Shown here in pieces: positions 20,546 to 31,756 of a stretch of 64,000 nucleotides of DNA. Numbering within the stretch: the stretch's first letter is position 1; every line of letters starts with the position of its first letter. Made by a program: the position numbers and the translations under genes. The DNA is from a virus (taxonomy: Duplodnaviria > Heunggongvirae > Uroviricota > Caudoviricetes). The stretch is from the IMG/VR virus record IMGVR_UViG_3300020049_016248. One strand, 5' to 3'. The notes under the pieces were generated by a model. The model had not been told where the DNA came from and did not search any database. It saw only the letters and a list, made by a program, of their open reading frames with translations.

Positions 20546-21476
20546 GCAAAATCGTATTAGTGTCTCTCGCCCTGAAACATTTTTAAGTGGAAGAGTCGGG
20601 GATTTATTAAGTGGAGCTGAAAAAAATGGTATAAACCGTGTTTTCTACTTCGGACAAGTTATTGATTCAGAGGACCCAGATAATGCAAATCGTATTAGAG
20701 TAAGGATCCCCTTAATTGATGATGCTTTTTACTATAATGATAGCGGAGAATTAACAAATACAGAAGGTCATGATAAATTACCTTATTGTATTGCTGCACA
20801 TGGTAGGTATGTTGAATCACCAGAGAACGGGTCTGTTGTTTTAGTTGGATTGATGGATCCTTCTTCACCTTTTGCAGGTAGAATTTGGTTTGCAGCATCT
20901 AATGAATTATCATCAACTGATCTTTTTGATAAAGAAAGACTAAATGAAGAAATTGATTCTAACACAGCATGGGAAAATGCAGAAGAATCAATCAGAGTAA
21001 ATTATAACAATACACCTGGTAAAGGTAATAGATCTTCAATTCAATCAAAAAAGAAAACAGTTAATTATAAAGTTGGATTGAGAGGTAAAGATAAGAATAA
21101 ACTTTTATTTGAAAAAGGTAAAACTACTTTAGTTCAAAATGAAGGTGAAAACAATGATGAAAGTAAAATTGAATTAACTGAAAAGTTTATATCAAATGCA
21201 AAAGAGTTTGAATTTCTAGCGAATCAGTCTAATAAAAAACATCAACCAGTTTTTGCTGATCCTTTATTTACATTTATGCAATCACAATTAAATTTATTAA
21301 ATCAAATTATTACACTTTTAAATACTTCACCTGGAACTACTACATATCCCGGTTCACCAGTATCACCTTCACCATCAGCTCCGTCAATTCAAGCGTCATA
21401 TCAAAAATTAACTTTAGATTTTAATAAGTTAAAGCAAAAAGGTGAAGGTCATAGTAAGTATATAACAATTTCATAA
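20538..21476 (+). CDS. baseplate hub/spike protein (gp5/VgrG OB-fold)
   Basis: GQVIDSEDPDNANRIRVRIP, PENGSVVLV. Confidence 0.8.
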   Translation: MAKQNRISVSRPETFLSGRVGDLLSGAEKNGINRVFYFGQVIDSEDPDNANRIRVRIPLIDDAFYYNDSGELTNTEGHDKLPYCIAAHGRYVESPENGSVVLVGLMDPSSPFAGRIWFAASNELSSTDLFDKERLNEEIDSNTAWENAEESIRVNYNNTPGKGNRSSIQSKKKTVNYKVGLRGKDKNKLLFEKGKTTLVQNEGENNDESKIELTEKFISNAKEFEFLANQSNKKHQPVFADPLFTFMQSQLNLLNQIITLLNTSPGTTTYPGSPVSPSPSAPSIQASYQKLTLDFNKLKQKGEGHSKYITIS

Positions 21477-21823
21477 TGGCTACAAGACAAGAAGGTATAG
21501 AGAAAAAAATGTTAGCAGCAGGTGTAGAGATATCAAATCTAACAACACCTGGAATTGCTCCATCTCCAAAATCAGTTATGATAGCTAAAATATCAGCAAA
21601 AGCTATAACTGAAACAAAAGATTCAGGGTTAGTAACTATTACAAACAACTTAGGAGTATATAGTTTTACACACGGTCTAGGTTATACACCAAGTGTAAAT
21701 TTAATAATACCACAATATTCAGGTAATCTACCTTATATAAAAGATATAAACGATCAAACAGTAACAATAAGTGTTATTGGTTCAACAAGTTCACCAACAA
21801 TCATAAGAATTATTTGTCATTAA
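21476..21823 (+). CDS. baseplate-region structural protein
   Basis: FTHGLGYTPSV motif; lies between gp5-like and gp25-like genes. Confidence 0.45.
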   Translation: MATRQEGIEKKMLAAGVEISNLTTPGIAPSPKSVMIAKISAKAITETKDSGLVTITNNLGVYSFTHGLGYTPSVNLIIPQYSGNLPYIKDINDQTVTISVIGSTSSPTIIRIICH

Positions 21824-22197
21824 TGAAAAAATCTGCCTCATTACTTTTTCCTTTTCAAAAAGACTCAGAAACAAATGGGTTGAAAAGAGCTCATACAGTT
21901 AACGATACGATAACAAGTGCTATAAAATTATTCTTGATAACAGAAAAAGGTCAGAGAAGAGGGAATCCTATTGGATCTTTTTTACCTTCTTTGCAACATA
22001 AATTAATTCCACAAGAAGCTTTATCAGGTTTTGCTGATGAATTGAAAAATGAATTAACTAAACAATTCCCTGGAGTTACATTTACTAACATTACTTTAAC
22101 TAAAGTAATAGAGAATAATACAAGTGTTTTAAAAGTTAACGTAGAGTTTGGTACAGCTTTATCTGACATATCTCAACTTGAACTGTTAATACAGTAG
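21814..22197 (+). CDS. baseplate wedge subunit (gp25-like)
   Basis: FPF, IKLFLITEKGQRRGNPIGS, QFPGV. Confidence 0.85.
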   Translation: MSLMKKSASLLFPFQKDSETNGLKRAHTVNDTITSAIKLFLITEKGQRRGNPIGSFLPSLQHKLIPQEALSGFADELKNELTKQFPGVTFTNITLTKVIENNTSVLKVNVEFGTALSDISQLELLIQ

Positions 22198-22245
22198 TTC
22201 AGGGAAAAAAAATTGTTTATTTTGTTATATTTAACTTAAAAGTAA

Positions 22246-23091
22246 ATGGAAACAACATTTATTTATGCACTGATTGACCCTAGAGATAATAAAGTAAGAT
22301 ATATTGGGAAAGCAAATAAGCCTAAGTATCGTTTACAAGCACATTTAACAGATAAGACAAAAACACATAAATGTAGTTGGATTAAAAGTTTGTTAAAAGA
22401 AGATTTAAAACCAGAACTTTTAATCATAGATGAAGTTTCTTTTAAAGAATGGCAATTTTGGGAACAACATTATATCAGTTTATATAAATCATGGGGGTTT
22501 AATTTAACTAATGGAAACAGTGGCGGGTATGGACAGGTAAAATGTTCTGAAACTACTCGGGTAAAATTACGTCTAGCAAATTTAGGTAAAAAAATTTCTA
22601 ATGCGACAAAAATTAAAATGAGTAAAAGTCATAAAGTATTTTATGCAAAAATGACTATAGAGCAAAAAAAAGAAAGAAAAAAAATTGCCAAACTAGCAGG
22701 TAAAAAAACAAAAAAAACACGAACAAAAAACAATTCATATTCTCGATCTTTAGAATCAATAGAGAAAATGTTACAAACGAGAGTTGAAAAAAAGTTAAAT
22801 AAACATTCAGAAGTCGCTAAGGCTAAAATGCGTGAAAGACGATTGGAAAACCCGGTTACCTTTTGGAAAGGTAAAACTAGTGAAAATTGTGAGCAAGTTA
22901 GAAAAAATGCAGAAAAGCGTTGTAAAAAAGTTTTGCAAAAATCTCTTGAAAACGGTAGTGTTAAAGAATGGTCATCAATAAAAGAAGCTGCGTTGACACT
23001 AAATATAGCATCTTCTAGAATAAGTGAATGTTGTAATTCATATAAAGGAAGAACAACAATTGGTAAATATAAATGGGAATTTAAGAAATAA
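22246..23091 (+). mobile_element. free-standing GIY-YIG homing endonuclease with NUMOD-like repeats
   Basis: FIYALIDPRDNKVRYIGK, LTNGNSGG, SETTRVKLR/HSEVAKAKM repeats, SIKEAA..ISECC..YKW. Confidence 0.85.
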
Positions 23092-23103
23092 AGTAAAAAA
23101 GCA

Positions 23104-25278
23104 ATGGCAAGTACACAAAACGTTCAAGTTAATTATTTAAGTAGAGATTTTAACTCTTTGAGAGAAGATTTAATTAATTTTGCAAAACAATATCATCCGG
23201 ATAAGTTTGCTTATTTTAACGATGCTTCACCAGATATAATGTATGCAGAAATGTGTGCTTTCGTAGGAGATATGTTATCTTATTATACAGATAAGAGTTT
23301 TAACGAAAGTTTTCTATCAACTGCACAAGCAGGTTTATCATTAGTTAGAATTGCACAAGATTTAGGGTTTTTTGAATTAGGTCAAACACCTGCTTCAACT
23401 CAAGTGATGTTATCTATCACAGTACCTAAATATGTAGACCCTTTAACAGGAGTTGTTTCTCCTAACTCTGATTTATTACCTGCTTTGAAACCTGGGATAT
23501 TATTAAAATCAGACAGTGGTGTTAGTTTTGAAATCTTAGAAGAAGTTAATTTTGCTGATTCATTCAATCGACAAATAATCCCTAATTTTGATGCTAACAA
23601 TCAAATAATTGATTATGTAGTAGAAAAAGCAGTAGTTGCAAAGGCTGGTGAGACAAAAATACAAAGATTTTATGTATCAGCTGATTTAGCTAAACCTTTT
23701 TTAAACATTACATTAGATGATAATGATATTACTGAAGTTGTAGGTGTTGTTACAAAGACAGGTAATCAATATGTAGCACCTCCAGATGAAGATTTTATTG
23801 ACCCAGACAAAGCATGGTTTGAGGTAAGAGCTTTAGCAGATAATAAATTATTCGTTGATATAAATACAACTCAACAAGTTACTCAAAGTTTAGCAAGTTA
23901 TATTACTCCAGTAGTAAAACAAGGAACATATGTAGATATTCCTAAAAGATTTATTACTAGAAGAGATGTTAATGGTTTAGTTTCTTTAACTTTTGGTTCT
24001 AGTACACCATTGTTTGATTCTTTTAATAGTTTAATACAACAAAGTGTTGTTAATTCAAGTACAATTTCTTTGAATACTGTATTACAAAATTCTGTTTTAG
24101 GTGAAATACCTGCCCCGAACACAACTTTATTTATAAAGTATAGAATTGGTGGCGGAGTTGAATCTAATGTTCAAACAGGTCAAATTAACACAGTTGCTAT
24201 CAAGACATTTTTCCCTGCATCACCAACAGCATCTTTAACAGATTTACAAACTGTTAGAAACTCGTTGAAAGTAAGAAACGATATACCAGCAATGGGTGGT
24301 AAAGCTGCTCCTTCTAAAGAAGAGATAAGAGCAACTGCATCTAAATTGTTTGCTGCACAAGACAGAGGTGTAACTTATGAAGATATTAAGAGTATCATTT
24401 CAACTATGCCACCAGAGTTTGGTAGACCTTTTCGTATAGCTTATGAGGAAATAAAACCAAGAGTGGCAAATTATCAACAAGTAGAAAATGGTGTCAATTC
24501 ATTGTTAACTGATTTACTTGCAGAAACTACTGCAGTAGGGAGACAACAGAAAGCACAAGCTATTTCTAAATTCTTAACAGATTTAAGAAATGGTCCAGTT
24601 ACTATAAATAATACAACAGTTCAATCAACGTTAGATACTACATCTTTAAACTTATTAGGTGTAGCACCAAGTTTATGGATTGGGGAAAAGGCTAGGTTAT
24701 ATGTATTAGGAATAGATGAAAATCAACAATTACTTTCTGCATATAAAAATAGTGATAACATTTGGATATCACCAAATGAATTATTGAAAACAAATATAAG
24801 AGAATTTTTATCTACAAAAAGATTAATAGGGGATTGGATTGATATAGTAGATGCTAGAATTGTAAATATTCAAGTAGAATTTACAGTTTTAGTAGATAAG
24901 AAAAATAAGCAACAAGTATTACTTGAATGTTTAAATAAATTAAGAGATTATTTTAATATTAACAACTGGCAAATTAATCAACCAATATTTGTATCAAACG
25001 TAAGTACTATTTTACAAGAGATTAACGGTGTGATAAACGTTGTTGATTTGAAATTTTATAATATTTTCGGAACATCAACAAGTAATATAGACCCTATATC
25101 AGGTAGAGTTTATTCTCCAATAGAAACAGGTCGTTATAGAAACAATTCCTCTACTCCAGCTTCTTTAAGTAACAATAAGTTTTTAATGAATCAAGTTAAT
25201 GGAGTAATATTACCTTATAGTGATACTATTTTTGAAGTAAAATACCCCGAGAGCGATATCGTGGCTAAGGCAATTTAA
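23104..25278 (+). CDS. baseplate wedge protein (T4 gp6-like)
   Basis: NYLSRDFNSLREDL, LSYYTD, KYRIGGG, AAQDRGVTYEDI. Confidence 0.9.
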   Translation: MASTQNVQVNYLSRDFNSLREDLINFAKQYHPDKFAYFNDASPDIMYAEMCAFVGDMLSYYTDKSFNESFLSTAQAGLSLVRIAQDLGFFELGQTPASTQVMLSITVPKYVDPLTGVVSPNSDLLPALKPGILLKSDSGVSFEILEEVNFADSFNRQIIPNFDANNQIIDYVVEKAVVAKAGETKIQRFYVSADLAKPFLNITLDDNDITEVVGVVTKTGNQYVAPPDEDFIDPDKAWFEVRALADNKLFVDINTTQQVTQSLASYITPVVKQGTYVDIPKRFITRRDVNGLVSLTFGSSTPLFDSFNSLIQQSVVNSSTISLNTVLQNSVLGEIPAPNTTLFIKYRIGGGVESNVQTGQINTVAIKTFFPASPTASLTDLQTVRNSLKVRNDIPAMGGKAAPSKEEIRATASKLFAAQDRGVTYEDIKSIISTMPPEFGRPFRIAYEEIKPRVANYQQVENGVNSLLTDLLAETTAVGRQQKAQAISKFLTDLRNGPVTINNTTVQSTLDTTSLNLLGVAPSLWIGEKARLYVLGIDENQQLLSAYKNSDNIWISPNELLKTNIREFLSTKRLIGDWIDIVDARIVNIQVEFTVLVDKKNKQQVLLECLNKLRDYFNINNWQINQPIFVSNVSTILQEINGVINVVDLKFYNIFGTSTSNIDPISGRVYSPIETGRYRNNSSTPASLSNNKFLMNQVNGVILPYSDTIFEVKYPESDIVAKAI

Positions 25279-25320
25279 CGAGATTTTTACCAATTTTATA
25301 TAAAACTAAAAAAATATATT

Positions 25321-26394
25321 ATGGATTTGGGAAAATATCACTCATTGCAAAAGAAATTTGAAAACAAACGCTTCGAAAAAACTCATTACTGGACTAATAA
25401 AACTTTATACTATGGTTCTTTTTTAGGGAACTTACTAAGTATTATACTTGCTTTCTTCTTTGTTAATAAAATTTCCAAAGAAACAGCAGTTCATTTTGCA
25501 GGTCAAGATTGGATATTACCAATCTTTGTTGTTCTTTTCTTAACAATATTTGAATTTGCTAAACGATTTACCTTTGCAAACACTGTAGTTTCTTATCTAA
25601 CTACAAAGAAACTAACCTTAACTTTTTTTCTAAGTTTAATTTTTTCCTTATCTCTTGTAGGTTTAACCTTTTATTTATCTTTAAGTGGAGCAAATCATTA
25701 TGCTAATAAATCAGAGGTCATTGAGATTAATACTCAACAAAGTATCAATAAAGTAAATGATAGTTTAACAAATTATTATGTTGTTGAAAATAAGAAATTA
25801 GAAGATAGAATTGATTATCTTTATACAGCAGCTGCACAAAGAAAAAAGAAAAGCTTAACAGAGAGTGAAGTACAACAAGTACAAGGGTGGGAAGTTCTAA
25901 TAGAAAAAAACAAACAAGTATTAGAAAATAAGATTAAAGAAGCAAATCAAGTTTCATTATTAAGTGCAGAGAAAGAAAAAGAAAAATCTAGTAAAAATCA
26001 AATAGCTTTTATTTTGATTTCTGCATTTATTGAATTGTTAATTTTAATAGGTGTAGGTTTCTCTCAATATTATGCATTTCTTTCTTTCAAAGAAAAGAAA
26101 GAAGCTCTTGTAAACAATGCGAACTATCATAAACTTATTAATTACCTTGATCTCTTAAGAGTTCTATACAACAATGGTAAAACAACAACTGGTGCTATTT
26201 TACCTTCTTTTAATCAATTTAAAGATTTAGCTAACGCTTCAGGAAAAAAATATCAATATAAAACTTTAAAAGAATTTATAACACTAACAAGTCATTTGAA
26301 AGTAATACAAACAGTAGGTAAAAATAAAACAGTAATTGTTTCTTATGAACAAGCACAAGAGATAATAAATAACTATTTAACAATAGAAGATTAA
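25321..26394 (+). CDS. multi-TM plus coiled-coil membrane protein
   Basis: Three N-terminal TM segments, a coiled coil, then a fourth TM. Confidence 0.6.
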   Translation: MDLGKYHSLQKKFENKRFEKTHYWTNKTLYYGSFLGNLLSIILAFFFVNKISKETAVHFAGQDWILPIFVVLFLTIFEFAKRFTFANTVVSYLTTKKLTLTFFLSLIFSLSLVGLTFYLSLSGANHYANKSEVIEINTQQSINKVNDSLTNYYVVENKKLEDRIDYLYTAAAQRKKKSLTESEVQQVQGWEVLIEKNKQVLENKIKEANQVSLLSAEKEKEKSSKNQIAFILISAFIELLILIGVGFSQYYAFLSFKEKKEALVNNANYHKLINYLDLLRVLYNNGKTTTGAILPSFNQFKDLANASGKKYQYKTLKEFITLTSHLKVIQTVGKNKTVIVSYEQAQEIINNYLTIED

Positions 26395-26408
26395 CTAATA
26401 CATAACAA

Positions 26409-27161
26409 ATGAGAAAACCGAAAAGTAAAAAGCGTTTATCCTCTGAGGAAGAAGATGAAATTGTTCGAAGTATGAATCAAAGAGCTAAACCTAACGAGTT
26501 TAATTTGAATAACTTAAACATAAATTTTAAATGTAAAACAGAAAATCAAAAAAAATTCGTCAATTTAATCAAAGAAAAAGAAATTATAATTGGTGCTGGG
26601 TTTTCAGGTTGTGGTAAGACTTTTCTTGCAGCTGCACAAGCTTTAAAACTATTGAAATCAGAACCACATTTTAAAAAAATCATGTTAGTTAAATCAGTAA
26701 CTGATTTGAAAGGTGAAGAAGTAGGGTTTTTAAAAGGTGAGTTGAAAGATAAAATGCAACCTTATATGGAATCTTTCAAAGATAATTTTACTAAATTGAT
26801 AGGACCAGCTAATGCTAACAAATTACAAGAATTAGGGTTGATTGAAATACAACCTTTAGCATTTATTCGTGGAAGATCGATTGATAATACGATTATTATT
26901 GTAGATGAAGCTCAAAACTTAAGTTATGATGTAATGAAAGCTGTTTTAACTCGAATAGGGGAAAATAGTAAAATAATTATAACTGGAGATGTTAAGCAAA
27001 TAGATTTAAAGCAAAAGCGAGAATCTTGTTTGTTATGGTTAACAGAAAAGTTTGAAGGTAATTCTCACTTTGGGGTTGTAAAGTTTGAAAAAACAGATCA
27101 GGTGAGAAACCCAATAATTAATATTATTGAAGATATGTTTGATGAATTAGATAATAAATAA
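26409..27161 (+). CDS. phoH: PhoH-family ATPase
   Basis: GFSGCGKT, GFLKGEL, LAFIRGRS, IVDEAQN, LTRIGE, GDVKQID. Confidence 0.95.
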   Translation: MRKPKSKKRLSSEEEDEIVRSMNQRAKPNEFNLNNLNINFKCKTENQKKFVNLIKEKEIIIGAGFSGCGKTFLAAAQALKLLKSEPHFKKIMLVKSVTDLKGEEVGFLKGELKDKMQPYMESFKDNFTKLIGPANANKLQELGLIEIQPLAFIRGRSIDNTIIIVDEAQNLSYDVMKAVLTRIGENSKIIITGDVKQIDLKQKRESCLLWLTEKFEGNSHFGVVKFEKTDQVRNPIINIIEDMFDELDNK

Positions 27162-27189
27162 CTATTTATCAATATAATCTAAGTTAAAA

Positions 27190-27825
27190 ATGAATTATCA
27201 ACAAAATATACAGAAGTTAAATAAAGCTTTGGAGATGTTAGCAAATCAAGATAAGCTAACTCCGCAACATGAAACTAAAATTAAACAAATTAATCAAATT
27301 ACTGATTTGTTTCAAAAATATACTGCTTTAAATAAGTTTTATATTGATAGTAACTTCCCAGCAATTGATACGTTGTTAAAACCAGAGGTAGAAAGTAAAT
27401 CAGGTTTATCTTCAGAAGAAATAAACACTATGAAGTTAGATCAAATAACTACTTGGTTAAATATTTATAACACTGTAATAAATACTAAACATAAAAACGA
27501 TGAGTTTGATAAAAACACTTTTGCTGAATTGTTAAATTCAAATAAAAAAGCTGGAAACGATACTAGAAAGCAATTATTAAGTTTAGTTTCATTTGCTAAC
27601 AAATATCTTGCAGGTGAAAATATTAAAGCAGAGTTTGATAAAATTAAAGAAGAACAAGGTAAACAAACTACTCAATCTCAACCTGCAAGCGTTGTTGATA
27701 ATTTAACTGCTAAAGGTTTAACAAGTGTGAAGAAAAAATCACCTGAGGAAATTAAATTATTAAATAGATATGTTAGTTATATTGAAAAATTAACTGGTCA
27801 AAAAATCAAATTTGTTGAAAATTAA
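27190..27825 (+). CDS. late hypothetical protein with C-terminal EKLTGQKIKFVE motif
   Basis: TATTTA at 27163; motif shared with the 5052 and 6553 ORFs. Confidence 0.55.
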   Translation: MNYQQNIQKLNKALEMLANQDKLTPQHETKIKQINQITDLFQKYTALNKFYIDSNFPAIDTLLKPEVESKSGLSSEEINTMKLDQITTWLNIYNTVINTKHKNDEFDKNTFAELLNSNKKAGNDTRKQLLSLVSFANKYLAGENIKAEFDKIKEEQGKQTTQSQPASVVDNLTAKGLTSVKKKSPEEIKLLNRYVSYIEKLTGQKIKFVEN

Positions 27826-28079
27826 TGAAAACAGATAAACTTACCTTAGAAAGGAAAATGATGATAATTGAATGTCTCAGTGAAAGAGGACGCTATAAAA
27901 ATTGTAGTTTAAGGACCAGATTAGGTGTGTTAAAAGCTAGAATTATTTGGTTTTTGATTTATCGTTGGGTGTGATTTTAAAAAACGTATTCTAGGGTTAG
28001 GTAGACTTACCCCTATTGAAGTAAATGTTAACGACAGTAACAAAGAAAGTTAACTAAATTTCTTAAAAATTACCTAGTG

Positions 28080-28105
28080 AAACCTGCAGAGATTGCAGGT
28101 TTTGT
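28080..28105 (+). terminator. intrinsic terminator ending the late block
   Basis: aaacctgca-gagat-tgcaggtttt. Confidence 0.8.
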
Positions 28106-28149
28106 TGTTTATAAAATATTTCTTATATTCAGGTATATAGAGAACTCGT

Positions 28150-31019
28150 ATGCAAATAGAAGCGCTAACTCATATCTTAGGAAAAAGAGTAAAAGTTAAA
28201 GATAAAAAAGGTGAAGAACATTTTGGTATTCTTCAATTCGTTGGTGAAAGTGAATTCTTTCCTAGTGTAGGTTTGTGTTGCACTATCAGTAGACAGCCTC
28301 ATATTCAAATCAAATCAATTTTAGATATAACTCTATTAGAAGAATAGTATGGAGAAGTTTCCCTATACAGCAGGTGTTTTTAAACGAATGGATTGCATTT
28401 GTGAAATTTATGCAATCCATTCTACCCCTAGTCGTAGTTGTGCACTTAGTTATTGTATACCAGTTAAAAGTTTACCAACTGCTTTTTTTGAATCACTGAC
28501 AGACCCAGATGATAGGGTGTTTTGTTTGAAAGAGTGGACTGTTGCTAATTGGGCTTCCAATAATCAGCTTACTATAGATGTTTCAGAAAATATTACCTCT
28601 CACTTTGGAGATGAATGTATTTGGGTGTCAGATGTTGAAATTTGTTTAATAGAAATAAAAGATATAGAAAAAGAAATTATAAAAATTAACGTTGAATTGA
28701 ATTCACAATGAGCTTAAGAGATACGGAATTAGTTTTAGGTGATATAGTTAAAATTATAATAGGGCATCAAACTTTTATTGGAGAAGTTGTTGTTGTTAGA
28801 AAGTTTTTAAGTGATTACGCTAAAAAAAATTGGAATAAAACTTTAATAAAAATTATAGACGGTGCTCCATATAAAGTACTTCCTACTCAAACTATCACCC
28901 CCACACTTTTTAGAATAACACATGATATAATTAATAGAGAATTAACAGAGCATCAGAAAGAGTTTTACATTGAAGAGTCTAATCTTCAAGAAGAAGATCT
29001 TTTCAGTTTAGCAACATGGATATCAAATGATGTTACATATTTGGAAAAGGTTTCAGAAAACATTTTACTTTTAAGCAAAACTATAAGTAGTATAAACGAA
29101 GAATTAGAAAGTTAACATGGCAACACAGACAATTTATGTTTTTCAACCTGAAGATTATCAAGGTGAATTGAATTTAAACGCATTAGAAAGAAGAATTATT
29201 GTTCGAGAATTAAAAAGAACTCAACGTTTCAATAAAGCAGTTGCTTTGTTAGGGTTTACTACAAAGAGTTTAGAACGAAAATTAGTAGCACATCAAATTA
29301 AAGAAGAAGAATGGAAAGTTATAAAACCAAGTACATCTAAGTTTAGAACAAAATGGGATTAACACAAAATGTATTCAAACCAATCTCTGTTAACAATACA
29401 ATTGTTTATAAAGACAAACAATATGTTGTAAGAGGTATAATGCAAGACAGAGGTTCTGAATGGATATTAGTAGACTGTAAAGAGGTAAGTTTTATTGATG
29501 GTAGGACTTGTTTTTTTCTAACACGTTCAATGTTAGATAATTGGTCTGTAAGAGAACCTTTGTTAGATGAAGCAAATCTTAAAATTGGAAATGCTTACTG
29601 TTGGTTACCTTCTAAGGAAGTAGAGTTACTTAGTTTAGATCAAATAATTTTAAATATTAACATTGAGTTAGATTCAAATGTGTAAAGCATTATCTTTAGG
29701 TAGGTTTCGTCTTGGACAAGTTTATTCTTTTGAAGGACTTGATTTTATTGTCCGCGGTGTGATGGATAATGGATTTGCGAATAAACCTCAAAGATTATTA
29801 TTAGAGATTTATAAAGGAATTAATTATACACACTTGAATAGTCAGTGGGAATTGAATGATTATAGTTTTGTTATGGGGGAAGATATTAACTTGTATATCG
29901 CTAATTGGGAACAACAAAATCATTTTATAGATAAAAAAGTATTACTTCCAGACTCTCGTTATATTGTATTAATGAACACTGTTTTATTATCTTTCGGTGT
30001 TGAATTAGATTCATTTTTAATGGCTGAAGAAATAAAAAAAATAACACAAGAATTAAACAATGAATAAGTTTTTTTTAAATCAAGTTTTTTTTAAAGACGG
30101 TTATTATTTAGTCGTTCGAGGTGTAACAGGTAAAAGTTTTACAGGTGTAAAATCTAATCAAGAATTATTGTTAGAAGTTCGTAGTTCTGTAGAAGGTTCT
30201 AATAATTTAATAAAACCTTCTTGGTTAGCACATTCATTTGTTTTAACAAAGGTGACAAGTCATATTGCAGCATGGGAAAGTCAAGAATTTTTAATTGCTA
30301 AAAACTTTTTAAAAGAAGGAAAAAAATATGTTTGGTTGTCAGCTGATAAGTTTAGTAGAGAAGTTTTTGAATCATTAGAAGTTATTGTAGATAATATTAA
30401 TAGAGAATTGAATGCATGAAATCTGAAAAGTTAAAATATACTAAATATACTATTGGTAGTTTATTTGATGGTAAATTAGTTTTAGGTTTACTTTATGATA
30501 AACAAATGGATGAAGGTTATCTATTAGTTGCAGATGAAGAAAGCGGTTGGAATTGGAGTGCAGCAAAAGCATACGTACCTGAAGTTCAGCAGAGGTTTGA
30601 ACAAAGTTATGACTTGGAGTGTGGTCGAAAAGTTTTGTGGAAATTTGTTTTGAGAGAACAAATTATGTTCTCAGATGAAATAGTAGATGAATCTTTTAGT
30701 AATATAGTTAACGAAATAAACAATGAGTTATACGATAAATAGTTTTTACAAAGATGGTGGAAATCTTAAACGAATTTTAGGAGTGTATGTTAATTCAACT
30801 CGTGATTCTGGAGCTATATTACTTCCTAATAGTGATGGTTGGACTTATGAAGTAGGTGTAGAGCGTAATTGGACTCCAGGGTTTACAGTAGAATATAGTA
30901 CTTGGTTGAAAGAAGGTACTCGTGTTGCTTGGATAGTTGTTGACATTGGAGATATATATTTTTCAAGTCAAGAATTTGAATTTACAATTAATCAAATAAA
31001 TTTAGAACTAAACTCATGA
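28150..31019 (+). CDS. array of 9 small overlapping ORFs; 7 end in the IN.EL tag
   Basis: Tagged ORFs start at 28349, 28708, 29353, 29678, 30060, 30416 and 30723. Confidence 0.7.
29117..29362 (+). CDS. Fis-type HTH protein
   Basis: LNLNALERRIIVRELKR..KAVALLGFTTKSLERKL. Confidence 0.7.
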   Translation: MATQTIYVFQPEDYQGELNLNALERRIIVRELKRTQRFNKAVALLGFTTKSLERKLVAHQIKEEEWKVIKPSTSKFRTKWD

Positions 31020-31756
31020 AAGCATTTTTAGAAACATTAGGTGAAGAGTATTTAGACGACTTTGTCTACTGTTCTGTTTTACCTTTAAAAGATTTAGGTT
31101 ATACAATTGTAAAATTTGATGGTGCTGATTTAGAAAACACACTTTTGAATAAACGAATTACATCTTCAGATATTATTATTGGTTCTGTAGAAGCAACGAG
31201 TGCATTTTTTCAAGAGCTTAAAATTCAAGAACCTAAATATTTAGGTTACCCAGAAGAGTTAGAACAATACTTAGGTAGAACGATTAGTAAAATTACATTA
31301 GAAGAATGTAAACAATGGAGTTATCCTTTTTTCATAAAACCGGCTGATAAAATTAAGTTATTTTCAGGTAGTTTGATTGAAAAAGAAAGTACAATAAACT
31401 TCTTAAAAGAATATTGTAATGTCCCAGGTGAAACTTTAGTTTATTTAAGTGATCTTATTAAAATTAAGTCAGAATATAGAGTCTTCGTTTACAAAGGGGA
31501 GATCAAAGGTATTCAATATTATCTAGGTGATTTTAAAACATTCCCTTCAATAGATAAAATTGAAGAAATGGTAAGAACTTACACTAGTTCACCAGTAGCT
31601 TACACGTTAGATGTTGGTGTAACTGATAAAAATGAAACAGTTTTAATTGAAGTGAATGACTTTTGGGCTATAGGGTCATATGGATTTGATGCTAAAACTT
31701 ATGTTAAGATGATTATTTCACGATTTCAACAAATAATTTTACAACATGTCTGTTAA
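31016..31756 (+). CDS. ATP-grasp protein (R2K/DUF4343-like)
   Basis: YPEELEQYLGR, FFIKP..KLFSG, SEYRVFV, YTLDVG, LIEVND. Confidence 0.85.
   Translation: MKAFLETLGEEYLDDFVYCSVLPLKDLGYTIVKFDGADLENTLLNKRITSSDIIIGSVEATSAFFQELKIQEPKYLGYPEELEQYLGRTISKITLEECKQWSYPFFIKPADKIKLFSGSLIEKESTINFLKEYCNVPGETLVYLSDLIKIKSEYRVFVYKGEIKGIQYYLGDFKTFPSIDKIEEMVRTYTSSPVAYTLDVGVTDKNETVLIEVNDFWAIGSYGFDAKTYVKMIISRFQQIILQHVC

Noticed and set aside
22246-23091. Group I intron around the GIY-YIG gene; intron or intein in thyA
   Set aside because: The flanking gp25-like and gp6-like genes are complete with very short spacers; thyA is one frame with short insertions and no intein motifs.
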